64,000 nt of DNA from Eledone cirrhosa (GCA_964016885.1 OZ024745.1:109058001-109122000); one strand, 5' to 3'; counted from the first letter of the stretch, positions 25,671-40,800 are shown. The notes: generated from the sequence alone by a model not told the origin. Numbers and translations: made by a program.

Positions 25671-27031
25671 GTGAAAGTTAATCTTAAATCGCTGAAACTC
25701 ACAAAGGAGCTGATGAAGGGACGCGATGAACGGAGAGATAATGTCCTAAAAAAGACATGTCCAACAAATGCACGTATAGAAAAGCAGGTGTAAAAACGAT
25801 GATAGGGCTGGGGAGAGAAAGAAAGAATAAAGTAGACGACGGTAAACAAAAGTATGATGTCTGACGCACTTTACCAGGATTTGAACTCACACCATCCTTG
25901 TTACAGACTGATCTTCTCACGCTATCGATTCGGTCGTCAATCTATGTAATCAATTAAGCGAATCAGTAAGTTAAGTAAATCCTCATAATTTGTTTTCCTA
26001 AACTACATTATTCGTTAATATTGGCAACCTTTGATCATTACTTTTGTTACATCAATGTAAATGTTGTTCTCTTTCTCTATTTATTCTCTCTTGTTTTGTT
26101 TTGTATTCCTTAACATGAATATTCTGAGATTTCAGATACTTGAATTATAGTGTTTCTGATGGAAGATCTATTGAGACGAATATCAATGATCTCACTCAAT
26201 GGATTCATTGCTTGAATAAAAATACAGGAAGGAGAGACGGAAAGGGATTAACAGTTTACTGGTTAACCATTATAATGGAAAATACATAGATGACCAACAG
26301 TATTTTCTTTGATATTTATATCCTGTCTTTTGACTTATTTGAAAACAAACAAAAATAAACAATGATAATACACACACACACACACACAGACACGCACACA
26401 CACACACACGCACACATACACACACAGACACACACAGACACACACAGACACACACACACACATACACACACACACATATACACACACATACATATATATA
26501 CACACACATATATATATATATACACACACATATATATATATTAATATATATATATATATATATTAATATATATATATATATATGAAAATATACATAAAGA
26601 TATAAAGAAACAAAATGACCGTTTTCTTGATATTTCTCATCTTGTCAGATTTCTTGTGAATTGTACACGTCTCTTTCTCTCTCTTCCTCCTTTATTCCCA
26701 TTGCCATAGTTTTTAAAGCATTTGATACATTAACAAAAGATAAATAAATATGAAGGGAGGGGGAAAAAAAGCAAATGTCCATTTCGCTTAAGGAATTATG
26801 AAAGAAATAAAGAATGACAAAATGACAGAAGTGAATAGAATGACAGAGCAGAAGGCTAGCTTTGAGAGCTATCGGTTAGATTCTCTGCTTAAACGACAGA
26901 GGAATGAAAAATGACTATGTGATATACCATATATATAGTTATGTGGCTGGGTGGAAGCATGCATACATATGTATGTATGTATGTATGTACCTATGTGTAT
27001 ATATAAATATATACAAATGTATACGCCTATA

Positions 27032-27089
<58 letters not shown>

Positions 27090-27119
27090 TATATATATGT
27101 ATATGTGTATATATCTATA

Positions 27120-27172
<53 letters not shown>

Positions 27173-27989
27173 TACATAAAAATATACAATATATACGTAT
27201 ATAGAAATACTCATACATATATATATATATAAATATATACGTGTATATATAGATATATAGATATATTTTTATACATATATTTTTATACATAAAAATATAC
27301 AATATATACGTATATAGGAATACATATACATATATATGTATTTATAAATAAATATATACGTGTATGTACACAAACATATATGTATGTATATATATATATA
27401 TAAATAGATACAATATATACGTATATATGAATACACACACACACATATATATATATAATGCAAATATCTCGGACGACATTGAAAAAAAAAAGAACAACAA
27501 TGACAAATAAAAGGAAAGGAAAGGATAAAAATAGGAAAGGAAAAGGAAAAAAAAACACACACACTTGCAATAAAAAATGATTGGCATAGATACGGCTTGA
27601 AGTTAAAGACACGTATAGACAAGGATAAAATGGTCAGTCGGTAACAAAAAAAAAGAGTGAAAAAAAGATGAAAGAAACAGATTTACTGGTCCAATGATGG
27701 ATAAACAAATTGATTGAATGACTTAGCAATTGATCTGTAAGTAGAAATGTTATTAAACAGATGCTAATAGGCATATTTGGTGTGATACAAACAACACTTG
27801 TTATCTAGTGAAAGCAATAAAGTGTAGTGACAGTGGGAGTAGGGGTTGCATGTGTAGTAATGGTGGTGGTGGTGGTGTTGGTACAGAAGACAATATGGCC
27901 GTCACGAGGTAATGTTAGCTAACTCTGCCAACCAACGTACAACATACAGACACTAACCATCAATTGGGTAACCAACAATTTCATAACAT

Positions 27990-28631
27990 ATCTATATACA
28001 TACATACATACATATATTTATTTACATACAAACACACATACACACACACATACACATATGTATATATATACATAATACATACATGTATATATAAAAAAAA
28101 AATGTATATATATATACATACATGTATACATGTATATGTATATATATATATATATACATACGTACATGTGTATGTATATATATATATACACACACAGATG
28201 TATATATATACATACATACATACATGTATATATAAATATAGTCCAGAATTAGCCGTCGAAACGGCTTGAGCTCAGCCGTCGGGGTCTTACTGGTTCCTAT
28301 ATATATATATATATACATACATGTATACATGTATATTTATTTACACACAAACCTCTCACACACATACACACACACACATATGTATATATATACATACATA
28401 CATACATGTATATATTAAAAAAAATGTATATATATATATATATACATACATGTATACATGTATATGTATATATATATATATATATATATACATACGTACA
28501 TGTGTATGTATATATATATATACACACACACATGTATATATATATACATACATACATACATGTATATATAAATATAGTCCAGAATTAGCCGTCGAAACGG
28601 CTTGAGCTCAGCCGTCGGTGTCTTACTGGTT

Positions 28632-28675
<44 letters not shown>

Positions 28676-28729
28676 CATGTATACATGTATATGTATATAT
28701 ATATATATATACATACGTACATGTGTATG

Positions 28730-28760
<31 letters not shown>
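27990..28760. repeat. About 335-bp tandem duplication of a cryptic (TA/CA) tract including a family C fragment
   Basis: AATATAGTCCAGAATTAGCCGTCGAAAC..GGTTCC at about 28235 and 28572. Confidence 0.8.
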
Positions 28761-28769
28761 ACATACATA

Positions 28770-28938
<169 letters not shown>

Positions 28939-29954
28939 GTATATTGTTGCTAAATGTCTATAAGGATGATTAATTTCGTCCGCCTCCTCGCTGTTTTATC
29001 TCTTTTCCCGCAGCACATCTCCTTTGCGTTATTTTCTTCGTCCACCATCACACTTTTCTTCAAATATACATATGTACACATACACATTAACCTGTAAGGA
29101 CAAATACTTAAACATGTACGTTAACGGCTAGTAATTAGAATTTAGTTTCTCGCTCTCACATAGCTGGTTACATAAATGATATCGAATTGGAAGAAGCGTT
29201 AAAGCGCCGAACAAAATAACGTGCAGTGTTTATTCCGTTTCTATGGGTTCTGAGTATAATTATCGTCGAGATCAACTTGCTTTTCGTTCTTTCAGGGTTG
29301 ATAAATGGGTCAGTCTAGAGCGGCGAACTGTAGGAGTTGTTAGAACACATATACCTTCTGTTATTTGTTCAGGCTCTTTGCATGCTGTATTCAAATTTAT
29401 TCCCTGTCCCTGTATCTTTCATGGGTATGAGACATAATCAATCACCCGGTTTTATATCACGCCCTAAGCGTTAAAAAAACAAAACAATATGTGAACCACT
29501 ACATCATCGATGGTTAATATTTAGCAACGGTGCAATCACAGATTTACTATAGTTCCTATAATGCAAGTAACAAGGAAGCATCTTTAACTTGACAGAGAAC
29601 AAATATCTTAATGTATAAATTACAAGAGCAAACGATGGTGTCTATACATGGACACTTGACCTGTAAAAAAACAGCTGGAAATTTCGGTCGAATGAAATCC
29701 CGTCGCCTTAAACAAAGAATACATTAGTGGCATCTTATTCGAACTGTGTGGAGATTTTACTAATTGTTGGGAGTTGTGTCTTCTTCTTCGCCCACTTCTT
29801 CTTGTGAGGGTTCTTTACTTTGACATTTAAACCGGAGCTATGATCTCTGGATTCGGAGGAACCTCATTTTAACTGCTTGTATTAGCGATCATTTTTTTCG
29901 GCCAATACTCAAGATTCACGATCATATATAAATTGATGATAGTGAGTTTGGCTT

Positions 29955-30735
29955 TACCCCTACTTCCTTCTTCTGATCACCGAGTGCTGCACCAGCGCCA
30001 GCAATTCTTGCTGCCTATCATCATTCGAGAAAACGGCCCCGAGATATTTGAAATTATGTAACTGCACTCACATGCAGAGTGCACTGTGCAGACTTCCTTA
30101 AGAGGACGAGTGTCTCAGCCTTCACAGCACTGATTTTTATACCTGTCGTGCAACACTTGGCAGAAGACCTGTCCAGTAAATCTCGGAGAACAGCTGCAAT
30201 TTCCAGCCAACCGATTCTACACCGGTCGATTTTGGCACTTCTTCTAACCCGTCTATTCACGTCAATTCTGTTCATGAAGAGCCTTGAACTTAATCGTGTG
30301 AAAAAGCACCAAAGTAATGGCAATCGGGAGAGATAATCTTAATTTTCAAAAGAACAGAAACAAAAAAGATTGCTCTAATTAAAGAAAAAAATCTCCTTCT
30401 TAAGCCTCCCTGATAAAGTCTATGTTAAGTGTCTGGCAAAGAGATGTACGTGTATTATCAAGTCGAAGCAAGCTGACAAAATGTGGTTTTCACCCCGGAC
30501 GTAGCACAGCCGACCAAATGTCTATACTGCGACAGGTCTTCGAGAAATCGGGGAAGTATACGCTTGTTTCGTTGACCTCGGAAAGGCATACGACCGCGTT
30601 CGATTTGACTTGTGGGAGTTTCTGCAGGATTATCAGATCGACGGACAGTTTCTTGTTACCTTGAAGTCCCTAAGTGCTGAGTCAAAACCATTCTATGTGC
30701 GTGTCGACCAAGGGTGTGTAATGTCACCTCTTCTG
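29955..30735. pseudogene. RTE-clade RT fragment with internal inversion
   Basis: Plus 30391-30735: ISFLSLPDKVY..CGFHPGRSTADQ..CFVDLGKAYDRV..QGCVMSPLL; minus 30283-29955 continues LFMNRID..GIKISAVKAETLVL. Confidence 0.8.
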
Positions 30736-32603
30736 ACAGATGTCTCCGAAGAGAAAAAATACTTTTTATGAAGTTGTCTTTGCAAGGCTGGGGTTGTGAG
30801 ATACTTGAAAATAAGAAGAGGTGAGACAAGGACTGAAAATAACTTTTTTGTGCGACTACAACCTGAATTTTTAAAATTGATTTCCTTAGAAATAATCTAA
30901 AAAAAGGTTTTATGAAATCGTTTATTCTCTTAAATTAAACAGTCGTCTTTCATTAGATGTCGCTTAAATGTTTGTTTAAATCTTTCAGTAGCCTAATCTC
31001 AACATCAACCATATGATGAAGTTGACCTCTTCAAATAAACGTTAAAAAATAGCAAGAATCTTTCAAACCTGATAAACTTGACAGAATACTTCAGTTGATT
31101 TAAGTTTTGCACTTGTAGACCTGGTTTATTGAAGCCATCTAGTATTGTTATTAATATTATTATTTTATTTGTTTTATTTGTTTGAAATTTTTGATAAACG
31201 TTTAGTTACTGTGGTTGTTGTGGTTGTTATTCACCTTAGTATATATTTTTATTTCCTTTATTTCTAGTTTGATTTATAGAGAATTCTTTTTTTTTCTTTT
31301 CTTTTATCTTTTTTATCTCTGTGTTCCTTTGAAGGAACGATACTGCAGCTCTGTTAAAGTTATTGTATTATGTATATATTGTTAACTCATGTTTGCTTTA
31401 ATCATGTCACTTATTTTCCTTTGTGTAGGAAGAGGCACACTAGGAAACATTAAATAAATAAATAAAATGTAATATGAAAGATGTGTGTATGAGTTGTATG
31501 AATTTCTTACACACACGAACTGTATGTGTAAGAAAACGATAATACATTTGATATAGAAGTGTTATTCTAGCTTTTAGTTAGTGCTTTCATAAGACAACAT
31601 AGTTGTGTGCATCCTTCACCGTTTGTTTAGATATCAAGTACTGAAGAAAAATCTGTTTCGATTAGACCCATTTTAATCGCCATTGAACTGACGTCACAAT
31701 CTTTATCATAAACAATGCTATTACAAAGAACGGGATCTTTCATTTTAACATTTTGCAGATCTTTCTTTTTAACGTGACATTATCGCTAAACTTTACCATG
31801 ATCACTTACTTTCGTAGATATGAGAGCGGAGATTGCAGATATTTCTTTTATTTTTGTTTTAGAGGGATATCTTATTACTTATTTTATGCAATTTGTTTCA
31901 GTTTTGTCTTGTTTTTAGATAACATTTCACACATTTATTTAGATATCATGGCATCCAAAGTGTCCTTTTTCAAACGGCGACCTTATTGTTTCTACAACGT
32001 GTATTTCCACACCACAGGCATCATTCAGTCTAGGAGAGGTAACCCAAATACTGGATAACAAAACACACAGAGGCTTGATATCTAGAAAGCAATGTAAATA
32101 GAGGTCTTCTCAAGGGAGGAATTAATTTTATGAAGCTTTTTACATATGAACAATGAGACACAAAGTAATTTTTTGTGTAACTTGATTATTTTGCGTGTAA
32201 CAGATTGTGTTTACATAGAGTTTTTCCTTGACGAGCACAGAATTCCTATATTTCAGGAAGGGGGGGGGGGGGGTGTAATATAACCTTTATGCGTTTCTCA
32301 GTACCATAAATAGGGTCAGATTAAGTCCACCTTATAAAGCCTATTATAAAATGTTTTTTTTATCGAAAGACAAATACATTAATTTGAATAGAATAGTGAC
32401 CGTCATCCCTCAATGCCTTAAGCATGTGCCTTATATTGTCTAATGGTTACTCTAGCCCTTGCAGTGAAAGCAATGTGAAATGGTTTCAGTTAAGAGTTAA
32501 ATCCGAGAGCCCTGTCACATTTCGGTCAAAAGCTTAGGTTCTGATTGCTCAGAACTCAATGTATCCGAATACAGTACTCTCTCTCTCTCTATCTCTCACA
32601 CAC

Positions 32604-32647
<44 letters not shown>

Positions 32648-32689
32648 ACACACACAGACACACACACACACACACACACACACACCTGC

Positions 32690-32840
32690 TTCGGCAATTT
32701 TCATCTACAAACATTTCACTCACAAAAACCCGGGAATATAGTAAAAGACAACTGTTCACAATGTCACGCAATGTAAGTGAACCCACAAAACTACGTCTTT
32801 TGTGAAGCGATCCGCTTAACCACACAGCCATGCCTACGCC
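32690..32840 (-). mobile_element. CORE-like tRNA SINE
   Basis: CTTAACCACACAGCCATGCC head on minus; related to 9930. Confidence 0.55.
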
Positions 32841-33906
32841 TATGTGTGGGAGTTTTTTTTTATTTAGAGTTATAGTCTTATCCTCATGGTAGGTATAGTG
32901 TTTGGCGTTTGGTAGAAGTGAATATAAAGTTAGGGAGATGGAATGGGAGAAGTTATGACTGGCTATGGGTATGCACCATAAGTGACTAGCTTTAGGTCTC
33001 TAAGGCACAAGCCTGGACAGGTTGCGTTTTGGAAGACCAGCAATCGTCGATGCGTGCAAGTCTCCCTTCTCCGCACCACAGATGTCGGGGAAAAGACAAA
33101 GGTCAATACAGCTTGATACCATTACCGCCGAAACTCATTTAATCCAGTTGAGTGGACTGAAGCAGCGGAAAATAGAATGTCTTGCTCAGAGGCACAAAGA
33201 GCCGTCCGGTTCCAAAATCGAAAACATGACCTTATAAACACGAACCCAGCACCTGAACCAATAAGTCACACGCTTTCTCCAAAGTGGAGTGAAGCAGGTG
33301 TAACGATCAAGAGGATTTTTTGTTAATGGATTGAGGAGTTGCTATAATTTTCTTTTTCATTTGTCTTGATCAGAAATTGAATTTGGAAGATCAGTAAAGA
33401 AAAGTATGAAAGAAAATTAATTATATTTGCGATACTTTGCTCTAAGTGAATTCACCATGCATTTAATTAGGAAATCATACGGGTGTTTATTTGCTTATTG
33501 ACTTGGGTGCTAGTAAGAATTTTGGATGCGGTCATAAAAAGGATTATTAGTTTTCTTAATTGCTTTTACAGGTGATGAGTGATTATCATTTTGCGTCCCA
33601 AAATATAAATAAATAAACATATAAAATTTATTTTTATAAGTTCTACCCAAGAATTTGTTTCTATATTAATCAATCAAGCAGAAATTTATACCTTTAAGTG
33701 AGACAGTTGGTTTTTTTTCAAAACAAATTTCAGATGTTGATTATATTAACATCTGCGAGATGAACTTCAACCAGAGAAAAATTATTTTATGCCGCTGTCA
33801 CTATTAAAATTGTTTCTATCTACGAATTGGTTATAGAATCTGGTTATAAATAATTTTTATAACTCTAAAGATTATTTTTAGATTAAGCAAAATTACCAAG
33901 CTTTAA

Positions 33907-34114
33907 CAGACCTGTCAACTCTCCCCGTCGGACGGGGAGATCTCCCACCCACTTTGGAGTAGGTGAGAGATGTCTTCTCTTGTGAAAATAGGTGGTATAG
34001 CGTTCATTATGTAAAATCTCCCCATTTTGCTTCATTTCTCCCCATTTGGGGGCACTTTTTTCATGGTACTCCCATGGCACTCCCTGTTTGGGTTTTTAGA
34101 TGTTGGCAGGTCTA
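33907..34114 (+). mobile_element. Intact about 207-bp MITE, TIR CAGACCTGTCAAC
   Basis: Both TIRs present; four copies in the window. Confidence 0.85.
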
Positions 34115-34557
34115 CTTTAGATTATTCAGATTTTTCTTTGTATTTATAAATATGCATGTATGTACATTCTGCCAAATATACATATTTCAATATATTTTCA
34201 CAGATGTGGATGTATATACATGTATACTTGCATTCAGACGCATTCGTATTCTGACTCTCGACAATACAATAAGCTCATACTTATATACTTACTCGTATAT
34301 GATATATTTGAGAACATTTTCAGTTCTGAGATAATCGACTTCAGTATATTCTTCTTTTTCTTGTTTCAGTCAGTAGACTGCAGCCATGCTGAGGAATCGC
34401 ATCGATTTAGTCTATCATATCTAACCCAGTACTTATTTTCTCAAATCTAGTACCTATTCAATGGATCTCTTTTTTTTGGGGGGGGGGGGGGGGGGGGTAA
34501 ATTGCTAAGTTACGGCACATACACAAACAGATACAAATGCGAACGCGCACACACACA

Positions 34558-34588
<31 letters not shown>

Positions 34589-34879
34589 TCACATATATGA
34601 TAAAGTTATATCTCTATATACATAGAGAGATAAGCGAGATTGCGTAAATGTTCATATAAATTTGCACATTGAATGTGTAGACATATGATACTGCCAAATA
34701 TACGTATTTCACCGTAAATTGAAAACTAAATGACAAACACAGGAAAATATGGCATGTTTAAATGTCAAGATACTCAATGTTTAAATGTATATACACATTT
34801 ACGCAGTCTCGTTTACCTTGATGTTGTGTATATACAGATATAATTTTATCATTATACTTCGACTGCTTAGCACCTGCAC

Positions 34880-35075
34880 ATTCATACTATATATGCAGTT
34901 TCCTCCTATAAACTACTTATGCAGTTCCCTCTTATCAAATTCCACTCACAATGCATTAGTCAACCCAAGATTAGAGAAGAAGACACTTGCCCAAGTTACT
35001 ATGCAGCGTAACTGAACTCAGAACCGACTGGTTGCGGAACGAACTTTTTAACCACTCAACCATACCTGAGCCTGT
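34880..35075 (-). mobile_element. CORE-like tRNA SINE
   Basis: ACACTTGCCCAAG..GACTGGTTG..TTAACCAC; related to 9930. Confidence 0.6.
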
Positions 35076-35197
35076 ATGGTTATTTTTCTCTCTCCTTATT
35101 ATCGATTAGCATCATAGCACTACAGGTACACTGACCGGTCTGAAAACACCAGAAGGCTCCATACGTGTGTATCTTGGAGACGTTGCAACTTCTTAAC

Positions 35198-35256
<59 letters not shown>

Positions 35257-35391
35257 ATAATATATGTAGGAGGTGAGTTTTATTGTAGTACAATAAAGCA
35301 ATGCAGATATCGGATAAGAAGCACTCTACAGTTTGTGGGACTGGAGTATGCATAATATAAGATCAAAAGATGGTTAAAGGAGTTCCATATA

Positions 35392-35458
35392 TTTTATTAT
35401 GCGCATTTCAAAAACAAACATCATCATGCAATAATATTTGTGTTTTCATCAGATAAAA
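35392..35458 (-). ncRNA. Minimal type-I hammerhead motif (family H)
   Basis: Reverse complement of 35581-35648; TCATCAG at 35446-35452. Confidence 0.75.
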
Positions 35459-35580
35459 CAGGAGAACATGATATGAAGGCTAAAAAACACTTGTGGATAG
35501 TGCAGTTTTAAATCAACATATGTTGATTTAAAACTGCACTATCCACAAGTGTTTTTTAGCCTCCATATCATGTTCTCCTG

Positions 35581-35648
35581 TTTTATCTGATGAAAACACA
35601 AATATTATTGCATGATGATGTTTGTTTTTGAAATGCGCATAATAAAAT
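35581..35648 (+). ncRNA. Minimal type-I hammerhead motif (family H)
   Basis: TTTTAT-CTGATGA (35587)-stem II-GAAA (35630)-TGCGCA-TA-ATAAAA. Confidence 0.75.
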
Positions 35649-36074
35649 ATATGGAACTCCTTTAACCATCTTTTGATCTTATATTATATAATAATATATA
35701 TATATTTACATACATACTAACATAAATGAATATATAGATACACAAAAGACCCTAAAAGTTTAGTATAAAATCTTTTGATGAAAAGAAATTAACATTATCA
35801 TCATCATCATCGTTTAACGTCTATCTTCGACGCTAGCATAGGTTAGTCTATTTATATCGACGTTAATATATTATTCAAAAAGAGTATAGATAGATAGATA
35901 GATTTCTAGATAGATAGATAGAGTGAGAGAGGGGGAGAATGACAAAACTAAAGACGTATTCCTACTCTTCTTTCATGGAGATGGAAAGATAAATTGTACA
36001 GTCATCTGTAAAATACTGCGGTTCATGGTCGAATTTTCTAAACATTCTAAACTGTATTATTTGCGTGCCCATGA

Positions 36075-36491
36075 GGGTGGTGGATTGGCAAAATCGGTAG
36101 AGAGTCGGACAACATGCTTAGTGGCACAGAGTTATGGCCCCTGTGGAGGTTAGCTTTTCCTTTCACCCTTACGGGGTCGATAAAATAAAGTACCAGTAAT
36201 GCTCTGGAGTCGATTTAATCGACTTTCCCTTTTCCCCAAAATTGTTGGTCTTGTGCCTAAATCAGAAACTATTATTTGAGTGGCTATGAATTGGCAATGA
36301 ATTGGCGGTGAATTGGCAGTATCGGTAGAGGGTTGGACGCCATGCTTTCTAGCATAGTTACGTCCCTTTACAGTCTGAGTTCAAATCCCGCCGAGGTTAA
36401 CTTTGCCTTTCATCCTTACGGGGTCGATAAAATAAAGTACCAGTAATGAACTGGGTAATTGCTGGCCTTGTGCCTAAAGTAGAAACAATTA
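36075..36491 (+). mobile_element. Two Meta-like SINEs (long variant 36075-36275; short variant 36303-36491)
   Basis: Consensus match; second copy has TSD ATTATTTGAGTGGCTAT. Confidence 0.88.
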
Positions 36492-37224
36492 TTTGAGTGG
36501 CTATTAAAACATGTGCATACTGATGCATTCGTTCAACTTGTTGAATTTTAGTGAAGAACTCATATCATCATTAAAGCAAGTTCATTCCTCAAAACCTTGT
36601 AAAATCTACCAGCTGAATATATTACATTATTCTTTGCGAAACTCTTTTGAGAGTCTTCGATAGCTTTTAAAAGTTCTTGTAGTACTGTAAATATTCTATG
36701 AATATTTAAAGATTCCCTTCATAATCTAAACATATCACAAGCTCTCTATTAACTTGGTGTTGTTCAAAGTTATTTCATATGAGAATTGCAAATTGTTGCT
36801 AAAGTTATTCCGCTTTTTCTCATAATTGGGAAAAGGAACTCCAATCTGTCTTATTCTATTTAATTTTGTATAGGACTCCATTTAAGGCGGTGAATTGGTA
36901 GAGTCGATAGAACGTCGGATAGAATGCCTTGCAGTATTTCTTCCAACTCTCTGCATTCTGAGTTCAAATCCCGTCGAGGTCACATTTGCCTTTTATCCTT
37001 TCGAGGTCGATAGAAACAGTACTACTTATCCAGGTCAATTATTCCTCTATATCTCTTTCTTAGTTCTCTTCTGTGTAGACAGAAATCAGCTGTTCACGCT
37101 TGAAGAGGAGACTCCACTCTGGAAAACAACGAGTTGTACCAATAATCCAAAGGGCCAACCTCGTTACGCTGAATTTCCCTGAGAACTACGTTAAAGGTAC
37201 ACGTGTTTCTGACTTACATGTCAA

Positions 37225-37631
37225 CCCTTTAGCATTTAAACCAGCCGTATCCGGCCAGAAATGTATCACCTCTTTCTGTTCAAACCAGATCAAACTGGCC
37301 ACTTATACTGATATTAATGTATGGATTGGCAGTATCGGTAGAGGGTCGGACGCCATGCTTTCCAGCATAGTTACGTCCCTTTACGATCTGAGTTCAAATC
37401 CCGCCGAGGTTAACTTTGCCTTTCATCCTTACGGGGTCGATAAAATAAAGTACCAGTAATGCACTGTATAATTGCTGGCCTTGTGCCTAAAGAAGAAACA
37501 ATTAATGTATTGTTCTCAAAATAAATAATATTAAAATCTCAGATTCGATATTATGTGAGATAATTAAGTAAGATAAAGTGTTTACTACAAAAATACAATA
37601 GTATATATAGAGTAATGTGAATGCTAAAGGG
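37225..37631. mobile_element. piggyBac-type MITE with nested SINE (37322-37503)
   Basis: TIR CCCTTTAGCATT / AATGCTAAAGGG, flanks TCAA / TTAA; SINE TSD ATTAATGTAT. Confidence 0.8.
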
Positions 37632-38811
37632 TTAATCAGTTGGTCAAACTGGAAAACTCATCGTCGGAACCGACGTAGGTCCAATATTATTTCACTTTAG
37701 CACAAATCAGCGGTTCTCCTTACAACTGTCAACATTTATTTTCCTCACCAGCATTTGTTGTACACATCTTACTGTGACTTTTCTTCCTTCTATTTTTCAG
37801 CCCTCACACACACGAGTCTCTCTCTCTCTCTTCCACCCCCTCTCTCTCTCTCTTCCACCCCCTCTCTCTCTCTCTTCCACCCCCTCTCTCTCTCTTCCAC
37901 CCCCTCTCTCTCTCTCTCTCTCTAGCTCTCTAGCTCTTCCTGCTTATGTGTGTATATATATATAAATATAAATGATGAGTTTATATCGGTGTGCGTGTGT
38001 GGATGTGTGTATGTGTGTGTGTGTGCGTGTGTGCGAGTGATTGTGTTTATGTGGGTGTGTTATATGAGGGGCCGACAAAATCCTGAATTGCACCGGGCCC
38101 CCAGTTTCTAATTTTGGTGCAGCACACACACATACACAAACCTACACATACATAAAGGCGTGCAGAGGAGTGTCTGTTTACATGTGTGTATGTCTTTATA
38201 AACTAATTATACCAAATACCGAAACACATCGAAATTTCGTTTTATATTAATATTTATATTTCCTGGTATATTTTGTGAGTACATCCTTGCATGTATATTA
38301 GGTTACATCATTTTAACTCTACTTTGGTGGATTGAGAATTCTATATCAATTACATAAATATATATACCAACAGATTTATTGGAATACACACTCACACGCG
38401 CACGTACACGCACACGCACACGCACACGCACACGCACACGCACACATACACACAGACACACACACACACATATATACACACACACATACACATACGCACA
38501 CACACATATATATATATACAGTATATGTTTTCAAGCATGCACACATACACACAGACACACACACACATACACACACACACATATACACACACATACACAC
38601 ACACACATATACACACACATACGCACACACATATATATATATACAGTATATGTTTTCAGGCATGCACACATACACACAGACACACAGACACACATACACA
38701 CACACATATACACACACACATACACACACATACGCACTCACATATATATATATGTTTTCAAGCATGCACACACACACACACACACACACATACACACACA
38801 CACACACACAC

Positions 38812-38864
<53 letters not shown>

Positions 38865-38913
38865 CGTGTGTATTCCAATACACATACATACACACACACA
38901 CATTCACACACTC

Positions 38914-39154
<241 letters not shown>

Positions 39155-39530
39155 AGAGAGAGAGAGAGAGAGAGACAGAGAGAGAGAAAGAAAAGAGAGT
39201 GAGTGTGAGAGAAAAGAGAGAAAGATAGAGAAAAAAGAGAGTGAGTGAGTGAAAGAGAGAGTGAAGAGATAAAGAAGAGAGAGAGAGAAGAGAGAAAGAG
39301 AAAGGGTTAGGGAGGTAGATACTCTACATAGCCCCATATTACGTATAAAGGAGAGAGGGTGGGGTTAGCAGTTAATGACCCCCACGACTAATACTCAGAG
39401 TTTCATGAACATTAACAGCTGACACACGCATACACACACACACGTATACACGCATACACACACATGCATATACACACACACACATATATATGTGTGTGTG
39501 TGTATGTATGTATATATGTATATATATATA

Positions 39531-39687
39531 TAACGAAGGAAATGTGGTAAGGAACCAGGTGGACCATAACGCACCAAAGTACTCAATACTTAGGGTAGTA
39601 GAGTGGGTAATAGGAACCAGTAAGACCCCGACGCTGAGCTCAAGCCGTCGAAACGGCTTGAGCTCAGCCGTCGGGGTCTTACTGGTT

Positions 39688-39690
<3 letters not shown>
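39531..39690 (-). mobile_element. Foldback family C with tail
   Basis: Reverse-complement homologue of 23940-24128 with a different foldback point. Confidence 0.85.
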
Positions 39691-39744
<54 letters not shown>

Positions 39745-39747
<3 letters not shown>

Positions 39748-39931
39748 TTAATATAGAAAAGCTTCTACAGGACTAGAACTGTTTCATTCGTGAGAAATCA
39801 TCAGGTCAGCTTCCTGATGATTTCTAACGAATGATACATTTTCAGTCCTGTAGAAGCTTTTCTATAAAAATGTTATACTCTGCTATGTATTGAGTACCTT
39901 ACTTACTGTGATTACCCCCGATTCAACCCGG
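39745..39931 (+). mobile_element. Foldback family B with hammerhead cores on both strands
   Basis: Plus AGCTTC-CTGATGA (39814)..GATA..TA-GAAGCT; minus CTGATGA..GAAA-CAGTTCTAGTCCTG-TA. Confidence 0.8.
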
Positions 39932-39934
39932 AAT

Positions 39935-39989
<55 letters not shown>

Positions 39990-39991
<2 letters not shown>

Positions 39992-40205
39992 GAAAATATG
40001 GGTGAGAAGAATACTGCTGGTTGCACATGGATAACATGTTATAAAATGAGTCCCTCATCAGTGATTTGCCAAACGATCATGGGTATTTCATCGCATTAAA
40101 AATCATATACCTCACGTTGGAGCGATAATAACTAAAATAAGTTATTAGGACAATAGAAACGCGTAAAGCGAGTGAGACAAGTAAACAACACAGGGGGAAG
40201 CTAAC
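39990..40205 (-). repeat. Dispersed repeat family I
   Basis: Reverse complement of 52127-52337; related to 44780-45415 and 58225-58870. Confidence 0.7.
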
Positions 40206-40373
40206 CGAAGATGGAAATAAACACAAGCAACATAGTTATTCTTTCAGCATAAGCTGTGTGAATATATGAGCGAGTCAAAAAACAGACCTTTCGCTAGTGA
40301 ATCCGGTGTAAGAAAGAATGAAAACGGTTTTCCCAGCGAACGGTTTGTGTATATATATATATATATATATATG

Positions 40374-40782
40374 GGAGAGATGACCCCTTAGCCTTTGTCA
40401 AGGCAGAATTCTAGGAGAAGGAAAACTCTGATATAACACCTGCAACCCTGATGGTATCCAATGATGTTGACTTGTTCTTCTTTTTGGTAAATATCATCTT
40501 GGTTAAGAGAGTGGGACTGGCTTTGTGCAGTGCCTTTGCTCACTATAAAAGCTTCACGGCACAGGCATTGCTTTATATCTGGAGATCTCTCTGCACTTAT
40601 CATCACATGGTACCATGGGCCCAGCACTATGTGTCAATAATTGTCACAAGTGTAGTGTTTGTACCAGAGTTTTCAAGTCGCTGGCTGGACTAAAAAGTCA
40701 CACTCGTTCAGCGCATGAGTAGGGGTTCTCCTACATGGATATAAAGTAGTGGCCGTACTCGAAAACGAGTTGGCAGCCGCCA
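40374..40782 (+). mobile_element. Non-autonomous RTE-derived element
   Basis: CTAGGAGAAGGAAAACTCTGA motif; [24 protein letters not shown]; ACTCG AAAA CGAGT 3' hairpin. Confidence 0.65.
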
Positions 40783-40800
40783 TATATATATATACACACA

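Larger units (their letters stand above)
35264..35690 (-). mobile_element. Family H: 336-bp spacerless palindrome plus tail
   Basis: Arms 35352-35519 and 35520-35687, one mismatch seen; tail at 35264-35351. Confidence 0.9.

Noticed and set aside
31943-32038. Possible 96-bp plus-strand exon (AG..GAG|GTAACC)
   Set aside because: Plausible splice dinucleotides only; no recognisable product and no partner exons.
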